DNA from: Cenococcum geophilum
Taxonomy: Eukaryota
Direction of reading: 5' to 3'
Assembly: GCA_050273025.1 (NCBI GenBank)
Contig: CP158635.1
Coordinates: 29,574,001-29,638,000 of the forward strand
Length of the DNA stretch: 64,000 nt
Shown here: positions 38,048-50,336 of the stretch, piece by piece
Position numbering within the stretch: the stretch's first letter is position 1
How the letters are laid out: every line of letters starts with the position of its first letter
Program-made: the position numbers and the translations under genes
Notes under the pieces: model-generated
Seen by the model: only the letters and a program-made list of their open reading frames with translations
Told to the model about the DNA's origin: nothing
The model's database searches: none

Positions 38048-41000
38048 TGTCGGGAATGAGGCAAGCGGTCGTCACGTGTCGCCGCGGCACTAGCGTGGCG
38101 AGGAGCCTTAAGCTCCTCGCCCTTCCTCATTCCAATCAAAAAGCTTTATTAACCAACATCACTGTAACCCTACTTAAGTAGTCGTTATTGGTGAGTTACC
38201 CTATGTGACTAACACTGATTAGTGGTTAAATATATAGTTAACTATAGAGCAGCTAGGTTTTTAAATAGAAGAGATAGTCTTATATAGGGGTGCTATATGC
38301 GCTTATATGGAATGGATCCCGGCGATACCGTACTACCTTAGACTTGCGGAAAACTAGTAATAGAAGTGTTACTAAGTACTAGGAGATACTAAGTTGCGTC
38401 TATTATGCAAAACAACCGCGTTTACGAAGATTTAGTTAAGTACTTTAGGTCAGAAGTATTACTAAACCTAAGGTCCTAAGTTAACGTCTAAAACGCGTTA
38501 AATAACATCTTAAATTGCCTACCTCTTAACAGCAAACCTATAAGATCCTATAAAACCGAAAATCCTACCTACCTTTAACGTATAATACCCCGTTAATTTT
38601 ATACCTATTATGGCGTTAACCTACCTAAAGAAGTATAAGGAAGATATTAACCTAAAGATATAGAATAAAGCTATAATTGACCTTGCAAACGCTAATGAAT
38701 AAGACTTAAATGGATTTTTATTACACTGTATGGCATATTATAAGGATAGTGAATATAATAATACCGCGCTATAGGAATGTATAAAGGAGGACTTTGTTAA
38801 ATGGATAAAGGAAATATAGGCCCCCGTAAATAAGGATATTGTATAGGACTTCCGTAACTTCCTTTAGGAGAATGGAGTATTTGTCCCTAAGAATGGGGGT
38901 ACTATTAGAGATAATATTTAGGAGCAGGTTTTTAACGCAAAAGAAGAGCACGAATAGACTGTATAAGAGATTAAGCACTAACTACGCACTATAAGGAAGC
39001 TTAACTTATAATAAAATCCAAGTAATATACCACAAGAGACGCGTTCTAATTCTATTACTCTAGGCACGAGTTCTTCCGTTCTATATCCATCGCCTCTACC
39101 TCTATCTTTAGTTCCCTAAAATTCACTAATTTAACCTATAACTTTAACTACTACCTCTTAACACAAGTAAGTACAAGATCCCCTTACTTCGCGATCTACT
39201 AACCTTTAAACTCTACTAACTAGACCTACGTCCCCACTACAGCCTATAATATAACTCCTACCTCCTCTATTTTAATCTTAAATCAGAGGCAGTTTAAAAT
39301 TGCTTACAGAGCTTATGAAGCTCTATTTAGATTAAGAGAAGAAGTTTAGTAGGGAATTATACGATATTCTTAATTTAAAACTATATATCTTCTATAACTA
39401 TTACTAGAAGGTAGGAATAGAGTCTAATTAATACTATAACGCCTATTCCGTTATGCTTAAGGGCTAAGCTAGTACCTTCTATTATAATTATTTGGCAGGA
39501 AAAGGATATAATTTTAACCGTATAATATATAAGTTAAGATACTACTTTAAAATAGAAGAGAATAAGTAGCAGTATATGTTAGAATAGAGAGAGACTACCT
39601 TTTTAAGGATCATTGCTATAAACCCAGGTGTCCCTTGGCTTAATTATCTTTAAAAGCTCTTTAATTAACTTTAAATAATTTAGCGTGGTTTATCCAAATC
39701 ATATTAAGAGGACTTTAGCCTACGTAATCAAGTTATTAGCGTATATTAAGGTATTAAAGAATATAACCTTACTCTCTTTAATCCTGTAAATACTTACGAA
39801 GGAGTATATGCTTAATTAAGATCTTCTATTAGCACCGCTTTACGCTCTTAAAAAGTATAGCAATTTAACGCCTAACTCTAACCTACTTTAATTAACCTGC
39901 CTAACTAATATAATTATAACTGGACTAATTAAACATATAGTGGCCGGGGTAGGTGTTACAGTACGTGCGGACTGTCAAGGTACAATGTACGAGGTGACTG
40001 TATGATTGACAAACGATGTCGTGTGAGGATCTATGTAGGAGGTGAGGCGGTATATATACACGTCGCTCAGGGGTCAGGTCCGTGCTCATGCATACGCGTA
40101 CACGAGCCATAACAACGCGTTAGGTCAGTGCCGTGACAGTAGGTAATACGGCAGAGGGTATAATTAACGACTATAAGGTAAAGGTGGAGGTCCTTATAGA
40201 GGTTCATTTTAAAGTAATTGCTAGAAAAAGTGCTACGTTTATAAGAAACTGAATTGCTAGTTAACTAGGCATTCTCTTAATAAACAAAAGGAAGCATATA
40301 ATAAGTTCCGCCAGAGTATAAGAAACGTTAGAAATTGTAAGGTTACTACAGCCTACTTCTAAAGCTTCCTAGTTTAATATAAAGGCGTAGAAGATCTTAA
40401 GGGTAAGGTTAATAAGGCCGAATAGCTTCTTATAGATATGGAAATTGAGGAGTACTTACCTAACTAATACTTCACTAAGTATGGTAAGGTAGATGGTATA
40501 TAAACTGTTACTATTCTTAATAACTAATCTACGCTCTATTTTACTATAAAGTTAGATATCTTTAACGAGCCAAGGGAGAGTTCTGCGTTCTCCTTTAATG
40601 ACAGATACTCGGCGAATGTCTTCTATGGTATTATACCAGATACTAGAGCCGCAGAAGTATCTATAGTAGGAGAACCTTAAGTTTAAGCCCTTTAGTAGCT
40701 TAATAGCTCTGTTTAGATTAACCATTTAACGGTAGGCCAATATACGATTCGTTTTAGTAAGGGTACTATAATCTCTATTAGCACAATTAGGGTCTAAACC
40801 CCTTAGGGTATATTACCTTTTACGTCATTTCTATAAACACCCCGTTTCTATTTTGCATTAAAGATATAGATAAATTAGGCGTTAAGCTTAATAACCTTAA
40901 GAATGTACTTATTTAGGGAGATAATTAGGTGCCTATTGTACGCAAGTGGGGTTACCCCTAGTTACTCCTTTATTAACTAAAAAAGAGTGTTGCTTAGAGC

Positions 41001-44000
41001 TATTTAACTAAGTTAGAGTTACGTCAACTACACCGTCGTTTTGGCCACCTATCCGTTCACCAATTGCTTAGGGTTCTTTAGTAGGTAGGCTATAAAGTTA
41101 AGGTTAAGGTAATTAAGCATCTTATAAAGTACTACTATTAATACTAAATAAACTAGAAGTCCCCTAGCCGATTTAAGTTCACCCTTAAAGATAACTACAA
41201 CTTTAACTTCTATATTATTGTTAACGTTATATATCTTAGCGGCAAGCTAGTACTCTAAGTTATTAACTTCTTAACCTCCTTCTAAGCCGCACGATTCTTA
41301 AAGGATATATTAGCTAGGAACGTATAGGATACCCTTTAATTATACTAGATTAATGTCTACCTAGGACCCCCTAATTAAATCATCCATAATATAGGAAAGA
41401 ACTTCTTATCTATAGAGTTTTAATAATAGATAAAGGCAATAGTAATTAAGGTTAAGGAAGTCCCTATTAAGGCATATAATAGTGTTAGAAAAGTAGAATA
41501 ATATTACACGCCATTACGCCGCGTATATAAGATTATCTCTTTAGAACTAGAGGACGCTAGTAAAAAACTTACCTTATAAATGGCTGTTAAAGCTATTAAT
41601 AATTCCGCTGGCCTAGATGGACTCGTACCTACGTTACTAGTCTTTAGCGCCTACCCTTAAATAACTAATAATTCTCTACTATCTCCCTCCGTTATATAAT
41701 GAGCTGAGGCTATTTATAAGGTAATGAAGGAGGTATAATATCTCTACGCTATACGCTAAGTTAATAACGCACTAGGAATAAGAAATGGCCCAAATACCTT
41801 AATTATGTTTAATCTGCCACTTTAGTCTAAGATACGCGTATAGCGTAAAAAGGGAGAATAGTTAGGCCTATATTAACTTATTATAATTAATAATTAAACT
41901 TATACTATTTAGATGCCTTACAGACCCACTTAATTCCGTTTAACTATTATTAAGCCTTACTATAAAGATAACAGTTCCAAGCCTTTGCAGAATACTATAA
42001 AAGATGCCCTAAAGGAAAGCCATAATTAATATACTCTAGAAGGCGACCACAATCTTAATATAATTATAGTAGATACGCCGTAACTATAACGCGGTAGAGG
42101 TCGCCTAAAGGGATCACGAAATCGCTAACATCTTATTAATTTTAAAGAGTAATTTATTACCGCCATTGAGAATGGAGTTAAGCTATTAATGGCCTTTATA
42201 ATAGCTAAGGAGAAGGCTAACTTTAAACTTGTAAAATAGCTCTAAAAGAAAGGTCGCATTATAACTCTAAGAGCTCCTTTTTAAGCATCTAATAAGCAGG
42301 AGATTAATGGTCTTATTATAAGAGGGGTCTTTAAATTCGAGAAGTATGACCCTACTAAGTTTAATAAAGTTTGTATCTTTAAGTTAAGAATAGTTAATAA
42401 GATTAAAGGTAAAGCTACTAATGCCCTATTTAAGAAATTAAGGCTTATTATTTAAGGCTATAATAATAATGGTAAGGAGGTAATTCTTATATAATCTCCT
42501 ATAATTTAACGAGCTAGTTAGCGAGTTATTATTGTACTAGCTCCCTCCCTAATAAAGAATAGAATGGCAGTTTATCTGTAAGATATTACTTAGGCCTATA
42601 CCTAATTAGAGACGTACCTTTAGCGCTTAATATTAGCATACCTTTTAGAGTAAATTCGCCACTAATACTCCGAAGATACGATTATAGTTATACTTAAGCC
42701 ATTATATGGAATTATAGAGGTAGGAACTCACTAGTGGGCTACCTACAGTAAGCACTATAAAGAGAAGCTTTTAATAACTACTTCTACATTCGATCTATGC
42801 TTCCTTATTATAACTATAGGAACTCTATTTAGAATTGTTAGTATATAAACTAATAATATAATTATCTTGGGAGATAACCAATTCTTAGCTCTTAAAGAAG
42901 ATAAGCTAGTAAAGGCAAATCTTATAGCAAAGCTAAAGGAAAAGCTTAATTTAATAACACCATTACTCTTTAATAGATATATTCTCTCCCTAAATGAGGA
43001 TTCCATTGCTTTATACCAAAAGGGTTAAGGCAAGAAGATTAACGTTATTAACGTTAATTCTCCAAAATAAGGATACGTAGAGTAACGCGCTTATGAAGCT
43101 TATATTACTTCTATCTATTAACCTAAGGCTTTATTTAATCTCTTTATTGCCGCTTAACACTAGGAACTAACTAAGGATAACGTCCTTGCCCTAAATAAGC
43201 GTTTCTTTTAGTAAATAAACTATCTCGACTAGGGACTACTCTACGTACCTATTAATCTTCCTACCACTAAGCTCTTTATATTTATTAATAGATCGTTTAT
43301 AAATAATAAAGATTTTAGCTCCTAGCTAGGATATAAGATTATTATTATAAACAAATCTACCAAAGAGAATAACTTTATAATCCACGGCAATCTTATTTAT
43401 TAGAGCTTAATTAAGAGTAAGCGCGTTACTTAAAACGTTCTAGTGTTAGAGATATATAGAATAGTTGGCGGAGTTAATATAGCAATTATAATTGGAACTA
43501 CCCTAAAGATAATTACAGATTAACTTAAACTTCCCGTTATCCCTATAATCGTATATACCAACTTATACTCCCTCTATAAGTGCTTAGTTAAGCTTAGTAC
43601 TATAAAGGAGAAGCGCCTTATAATTGATATTATAGCACTTTATTAATCCTACAAACGGCGAGAACTCTTTAAGATTTGATGGATTAACGGTTAAGATAAC
43701 CTAGTAGATGTAATAATAAAGGCAAACCTAAATAAGGCTCTAGAAACGTTTGTTAATACAAATACTTTACGTGTATAAGTTAAAGGTTAGGTTAAAAGGG
43801 AGTAAGAGTATAACGCTCTATAGACCCTAATTTTAACCAGCCAATTAGGATTTTCCATGCCCAGCATGGAAAATCGCTATTGGCTCGCTTATAGCTAGCG
43901 CCTTAGCGGCCCTGACGGCCCTAATATGATGTCTACCCACGACTCCTTAGCAAGAAAGCACCACGTGCTAAGAGGCAAATTTTAGGACAGCGAGACTTAT

Positions 44001-44264
44001 ATTACAATGGCAATAGTAAGTAAAAAGGATCCATATTTGTTATGATAGTCAAGCAGTATTTATATATAGAGGGCAACCATAAAAGAAGAGTTGCTAGTGT
44101 CGGGAATGAGGCAAGCGGTCGTCACGTGTCGCCGCGGCACTAGCGTGGCGAGGAGCCTTAAGCTCCTCGCCCTTCCTCATTCTAATCAAAAAGCTTTATT
44201 AACCAACATCACTGTAACCCTACTCGAGTAGTCGTTATTGGTGAGTCACCCTGTGTGACTAACA
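38048..44264 (+). mobile_element. Full-length Copia-order LTR retrotransposon (RIP-inactivated), carrying a solo LTR
   Basis: 167-bp LTRs at 38048-38214 and 44098-44264, with TSD AAAGT (38043-38047 and 44265-44269). Motifs: ELRQLHRRFGH at ~41015-41048, integrase before RT (KSRLxIQGY, DITQAY, KPLYG), RNase H EKRLMIDI near 43610. Confidence 0.95.
39954..40138. mobile_element. Solo LTR (185 bp) of an unrelated family
   Basis: TGTTAC...GTGACA ends with 5-bp TSD GTAGG at 39949-39953 and 40139-40143. Retains many CpA/TpG. Confidence 0.9.
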
Positions 44265-45233
44265 AAAGTAATAGTATAGACCTTTAAATAATGGACTCGT
44301 CTCCTTATACGGCTTAAGTAAAATATTATATAGATATTTAGTAGCTTTATTTATAAGCTCGTATAATATATCTAAAAGTACCACCTATTTCTCTATATTA
44401 GTCTTTACCCTTTTCTATTTTTCTATATTCTTAATTAGCAGGGCTAATAATATTATATTCTTATTAAGTATTTAATCCTTTTCCTCCTAAGCAGATACCT
44501 ATAAGATAATATTACTATTAATTATAATAAATAAAGCCAGATCGCTAGCGAAATCCGTTACCCTATCCTCCTATATTACTATCCTAGTAGTAATAAAGTT
44601 ATAACTAAGTCGGGTAGACAAAGAGGCTATAGGTTTTTAAGACTTTCACTTTAGCGGTATAATATTTATAAAAGCACCCTTATACTAGTCTTTAATAAGG
44701 ATAATTATATATCCAGTAATACTATTGCGTTAAATAGCCTATCTAAATTACTATAGTATTATATTTAGGCTTTTATTAGAATAGTAACTATATATAATAG
44801 AACGGATAATATCTAAAATATCTATACTATAGGCTAGGGCGTCTAACATAATAAGAATATAGGTAAGTAAGTCTTCTATATAGAAATTTCGATACTCCCT
44901 ACTCTTGTTAGATTTAGATAATATTATATAATAACTCCATACTGCTATTTTAGCCTACTTTATAGTATAGCCCTTAGTTATAAGCTATAAATAGATAGTA
45001 TTTATATACTTATAGATATAATTTTTAGTATAAAGAAAGATAATTATCTTAGGAATTAATTTGGGACTTAAAACCTTCCATCTCTTTAGCTATATAGTAC
45101 CTTTTATTAAATTTTAGATCCGCCTAACTAATTAATAAATAGAGGTAGCGGATATTCTACTAGGTACTATAGGCGTTTAGCTAAATAATATAGATATTTC
45201 TTTAGACCCTACGGATATTTAGCTAAAGGTTAT

Positions 45234-47834
45234 TGTTAGAATGTATATATTGGAATATATAGACAGGTTGCGTAGTTGTATGTCCCTAATTAGTCATCCT
45301 TATAGTAACTCATCAACCCCCCCCTATTTAGGCACTGCGATCCTTACGATCCTCTGCGAAGGATAGACACGAATAAATTAAAGAACCAGTTACCATATAT
45401 TGCAATTGCAGTACCCCCCGGGTGATACCGACACTGATTAGTGATATCACAGATTAGAATCCGGTGTTATTACGAAGAGAGATAATACGCGATCGCTCCT
45501 ACTAAGGCCCGTTAATCTCGTCGCGTTTGCTAAGGAGAACCCTTCCTACATAGGCCCTGGGAACTCAAAGAACCGACTCCTGCTAAGGCTTTGTTCGGTT
45601 CGCGTCCACCACGCAAATTAATACCCAGTACGACCTCTTTACTGAGCGCCAGTACACCCAGCAGCGTCAGCAGCACCCCTACCTACACTACGACCTACAC
45701 CACGATCTACGCTAGTCAATTATGTCCAATATAGGAATTTAACGTCCGGACTAGGGCAATAGGATTACCCTAACCAATAAGACTACCGCAAAAGATATCA
45801 CTAACTATATTAACTTTAAAATTAATAAGTATACTAAGCGCAACTTTAAGGATAAAAGCTTATAGGAATTATACTAAGAGGACTTTAACAATTTTAAGGT
45901 ATAGATATTTAAGGACGCTTATAGGTCCGTAATTAAGGAACTTAAATAACTACTCCAATGTAATGGAGTATGGGTCTTTAACAAAAAGAGTAAGTCAGTA
46001 CTATAAGCACTGTATAATATCGCCCACGAGGACAACCCTACGGAATGGTTAGATGAAGAAATTAAGCTATATATCAATAATAAAGGACCCTTTAATTTAT
46101 ACGTTATTAACCGCCGTTTTAAATTACGTTTATTAACCCCCTTAACGTCACCTACCTTAACCCTAGCTATTTTAAATGACCTCCCTACGGCCGAGCCCCC
46201 CTTACCTACGAACGTTATGGCTCCCCTAACGAACGTCACGGCTCCCCCTACGAACGCTACAGCTCTCTCTACAAATGTTACAGCTTCCTCTATAAACGCC
46301 GCAGCTCCTTCTATAAAAGTTATAGCCACTATTAACTACGGTAGAGACTTAGCAACCCTGGTAAAGATATACATAGAGGAAAGTAAATATAGCGAAGAGG
46401 ATAATAACTTTGACCGTAAGCTTACGATTTTTAACGACCTTTGTAATAGAGTTGGTATACCACAAAAGGCAAAGATTAAAGGCTTTCCAACAATGCTATA
46501 TAGTATTACTTTTAACTTCTACTATAAGAATAAGGCAACCTATACCACCTTTAATAGCATCTATAACGCTATACGCAACTACTTTAAAGGACTAAAATAT
46601 AAGTGTGGAGTTCTAATAAAGTAGAACGCTATAACTCTTAAGATAGTAATAATAAAGAGTAAGGGCAAGTCTATAGAGGACTGCCTATAGCTACTGCTTA
46701 ACAACCTCCGTTATTTATAGTATGGTTTTAACGCTAACCTCTATAATAACAATTTCCTACATAATAAGCTCATCGTCGCTTGTTAAGACGTTGCTGCTTA
46801 CTAGGTAGCTTGCTCGAACCCACCTACTATACTTACTAGCCTTATAAACAGCCTACGATTATTAATTATCACTTATAAGAAGATTAATGGTACTATAAGA
46901 TAACCTACTAATATGTTCTTATAGCCTATAGAACAGCCTACGGACGTGTTTTTTATTAACCGTTACTATTACTAACCGATATCCCGACCAAGTTTATTAA
47001 ATAATCATTACGGCAATAATGCTAGGACGTGCTTCGTGTGTAAGAAAGGAGACTATTAGTTAACTAAGCACACTAAAGAAGAATGTGACGAAGTAAGAGA
47101 AGGATTTAAGAGACGTGTCCACCAGTACCTTGCGGACAATAATATTAACGACGACTTTGACAAGGACATAGTTCCAACTATCACTAGCGGTAATTTCTTC
47201 TATGACGACTATGGTGTTAAACACTTTATGACTTTAAATGGACTAATACCAATTGAAACCGCTAAGAATATGGTCATGTCTATAAATAACAATGCCTTTA
47301 CCTATAGCCTTACTGGTGGTACGGAACCTGGTGGTACGGAACCTGGTAGTATAAAATCTAAGAACCTTACTCTTAATATCGACTTCCTTAACTATCATTT
47401 CAACGACGACGGATAGGACTATAGATACTTAGATACTCCTACAACACCTTCCGCAATATTTACGATATCCGTAATATCCGCAATATCCGCAGCGATATCC
47501 GCAATATCCGTAACAATATCCGCAACGCCTACAACACCTAAGATATCCGCGATTCCTGCCCTGAGTACCTGTTGACCTATATACTTCTCCTTTATACTTT
47601 CTTACCTTCTTTCCCTTTTTGTAAATGTCGCCAGTGTTGGAATGTATATATTGGAATGTATGGACAGGTTGCGTAGTTATGTGTCCCTAATTAGTTATCC
47701 TTATGGTGACTCATCAACCCCCCCCTATTTAGGCACTGCGATCCTTACGATCCTCTGCGAAGGACAGACACGAATAAATCAAAGAACCAGTTACCATATA
47801 TTGCAATTGCAGTACCCCCTGGGTGATACCGACA
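45234..47834 (+). mobile_element. Gag-only non-autonomous LTR element (2,601 bp)
   Basis: 200-bp LTRs at 45234-45433 and 47635-47834, with TSD GTTAT. The PBS region CTGATTAGTG matches the 38048 element. Gag (~45722-47415) resembles that element's gag (KYSxE...FDxKLxIFxDxCxxVGI; CFVC knuckle). No pol motifs are seen. Confidence 0.9.
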
Positions 47835-49926
47835 GTTATAGATATATAATCCTCCTCTACTACTATTTTTTAAATACCTCTTTAATAACAAAAAATAGTA
47901 CCTTATAATTATTCTTATCCCTCCTCTTAATATAGCCCCTAATAATAAATAGGTCGGGCCAATTAATATCTATTTATTTAAGATCTGTTATACTTTAATA
48001 AAACCCTACTAGCTTTATTACCTTTATATATATCTCCTTATTAAGTATTATAGTATATATAAACCACGGCACTATTAGACTAAGTAGTAATTAAACCTTA
48101 AAGAGCTGTGCGTAATAAGGCCAGAAGCTTTCACCCTAGTTAGCAACTAGATAATACTTATTAATTATAATTAAGAAAATATATAAGTAAAAAGCGGGCT
48201 AAGTAAGGGTATAGTGGAACCGTTTACTTAATAGCAACTTTAGCAATACTAGAATATATATAAACAGACCCGCCTTAATATATTTTAAAATATCTATATA
48301 CGCTTTTATTACCTCCACATATATAAATACGGGATTTACTCTTAGAATGGCCTATATCTTTAATAGCTACTCCTCTCTAATTATATTTAGAGGTAATATA
48401 ATAATAGTAATAGAAGCTTAAACTAGTAATAAAATCGCCTATATTATTATACTCTTACCCTATAATATCTTTACCGCTAAAAATAAGTCCCTCTGCCTAT
48501 ATATTACCCGTCTTAATACCTTAATTTAACTAGGTTATCCGCTATACGGATATAGAAGCTTAATAGCTCTATCTATTGCGCTTAACTATTTATTCTTACT
48601 TACCTCCTATAAGGCCAGAAGCTTATCTTATATATCCTATAACTGCCTCTCTACTAGGGATATAAAATCCTCCTATATATAATTATCTAGCTCCTATAAG
48701 CTCCGTAAGACCTACTAGCGTTCTTATTTAATTATAGTCTTCTAACCCTAATAACTAGTATTTTTTTCTAAGCTATAGTAGTTTTCTATACGGATATAGC
48801 GTCTAATAGTAATAGAGGCACTTTAGGCCAAGGGAGAATATTTTTAAGAAAGAACCTAACTATAGCACCTACTAGGTGTTATAATAGCTTTAAGTAATAA
48901 ATATCTATATATCTGTATAGTTTTATCTATATTAGTAAACTATTTAATAAGATATAATATATACTTAGGCTTTTAATAACGTGTTTTTTAACTTTAATAA
49001 AATTAATATTAAGACTAAGTAGTAGCCGTATAATAAAATTTATACTATTTAAAAGCCCTAAGTTTTTAAAAAAAAAGTAACTATAGGGTTTAATAATAAC
49101 GCGTTATATAAATAAATAAATTAGATATCCGTAATCTCCGTTTTATGGATTTTACTTAGAATTTTAACAAATCTCGCCAAACCCTCTTAGACGTGATTTT
49201 GCAATTCGGAAGACGGCGTAGGTTATTCCGATGCTAGCTAAAAAATCGCGTCTGAGCTCGCTGAGGTAATAATACGCCGTCAAAATATCATGCTTAGTTA
49301 TCAAGATCTAGTCAAAAGCAGCTAAAAGCAGCTGTCAAACTCTATATCTCTTCGTGCGGCAGAAGTCACTTTTCGTATTGGGCGCTTTTGGCGTTTTTGC
49401 TTAGGTTAACATGCTGCGGTTTTATTAGCAAGCCCCACCAAAACACGTCGACCAACAAAATGTTGCACAAGGCCACCACTAAAAACACCAATATATATAT
49501 TTTTTTTTGAGAAAGTTGAGCAAAAAGTCGTAATATATGATGCCATGTCCGTAGGTTTCTACCCTTCCTCCTGCTGATTATATAGGAAAATCCTCCATCA
49601 AAGTCCGCCGAATTACTGCCACCTGTACGCTTTATACACATTCTTGACGTCGATGAGGATAAGGCGGTGAAGGACCAGGTTAAGGTTATAAGGAGAAGTG
49701 CTGTATACGTCAAATGAGATGTATGTCAATGAGGCGCCAGCACCCCTGCCGCCGAGTAACTGCGTTGACCAAGCTTCAACACCAAGCTATATACGGTATA
49801 GAGCCCCTAGATCCTTATAAGGCGTGCATATACGAAAAGTGCAAGAATTCGTTGCCACATAAAGGGATTGAATTCGTCAATACTGTGTCCTCAATTGGGC
49901 CTAGACTCTGGCTAACGTGGGTGATA

Positions 49927-50057
49927 GCCTTCTTGATGTAGATGGAACACCAAAATACTGCCAAATGCCTCAGAAGTAGCCGTTAGGCGTGCACGACCCA
50001 ACGGCTACTTCTGAGGCATTTGGCAGTATTTCGGTGTTCCATCTACACCAAGAAGGC
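49927..50057. repeat. Near-perfect 131-bp palindrome (hairpin)
   Basis: Arms of about 65 bp (GCCTTCTTGATGTAGATGGAACACCAAAATACTGCCAAATGCCTCAGAAGTAGCCGTTAGGCGTG and its reverse complement) with 3 mismatches, one extra base and essentially no loop. Confidence 0.95.
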
Positions 50058-50336
50058 GGTAGATCCACCGCCACAACCCTGTCGCCTTCATAACCCCATC
50101 ACCTACGTTATGCGCGCCAAAATAGCGCAATATTGAGTTATATTTTCGTGCGAAAGGTCCCTACTATTTCCGTATGGCCGCGCCGTTAGTTAGTCCTACA
50201 ATCTAGTCATGACATTCTCCCCTACCGGGGCTACCGGCTATAGAAGTGGCCTGGTCTTCCTTTCTCAAACCTGGTGAAGCGTTAATTGCCTTTCTAGTCT
50301 CCAAACTTCCTACAAACATCGGATTTTGCAGTGATC

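Larger units (their letters stand above)
22870..49000 (-). pseudogene. RIP-destroyed RecQ-like SF2 helicase gene split into five pieces (~49000-47835, 45233-44270, 38047-37420, 30585-29836, 23930-~22870)
   Basis: De-RIPed minus-strand translation gives motif I AAKTSWGKS (~48452-48478), Ia IILPLN, HILVSPE, motif II VVDECHLVANWGESFRPYY (~48112-48172), IPKxIIF (~45040-45058), motif VI LQRFGRA (~44736-44757) and the Zn-binding motif C...CCSNC across the 44265/38047 junction. The two left-most pieces are linked by TSD geometry rather than by motifs. Confidence 0.82.

Noticed and set aside
47835..49200. Helicase relic as a telomere-linked helicase at a chromosome end
   Set aside because: There is no (TTAGGG)n array in the window, and intact genes lie on both sides of the block.
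18489..49412. ATGTTAACCT (~18489) and AGGTTAACAT (~49403) as TIRs of a giant element enclosing the helicase
   Set aside because: The match is only about 10 bp around a palindromic core, does not extend, and has no TSD.
49366..49941. ORFs 49366-49713 and 49714-49941
   Set aside because: No motifs or splice support; they lie in the transition zone at the TE border.
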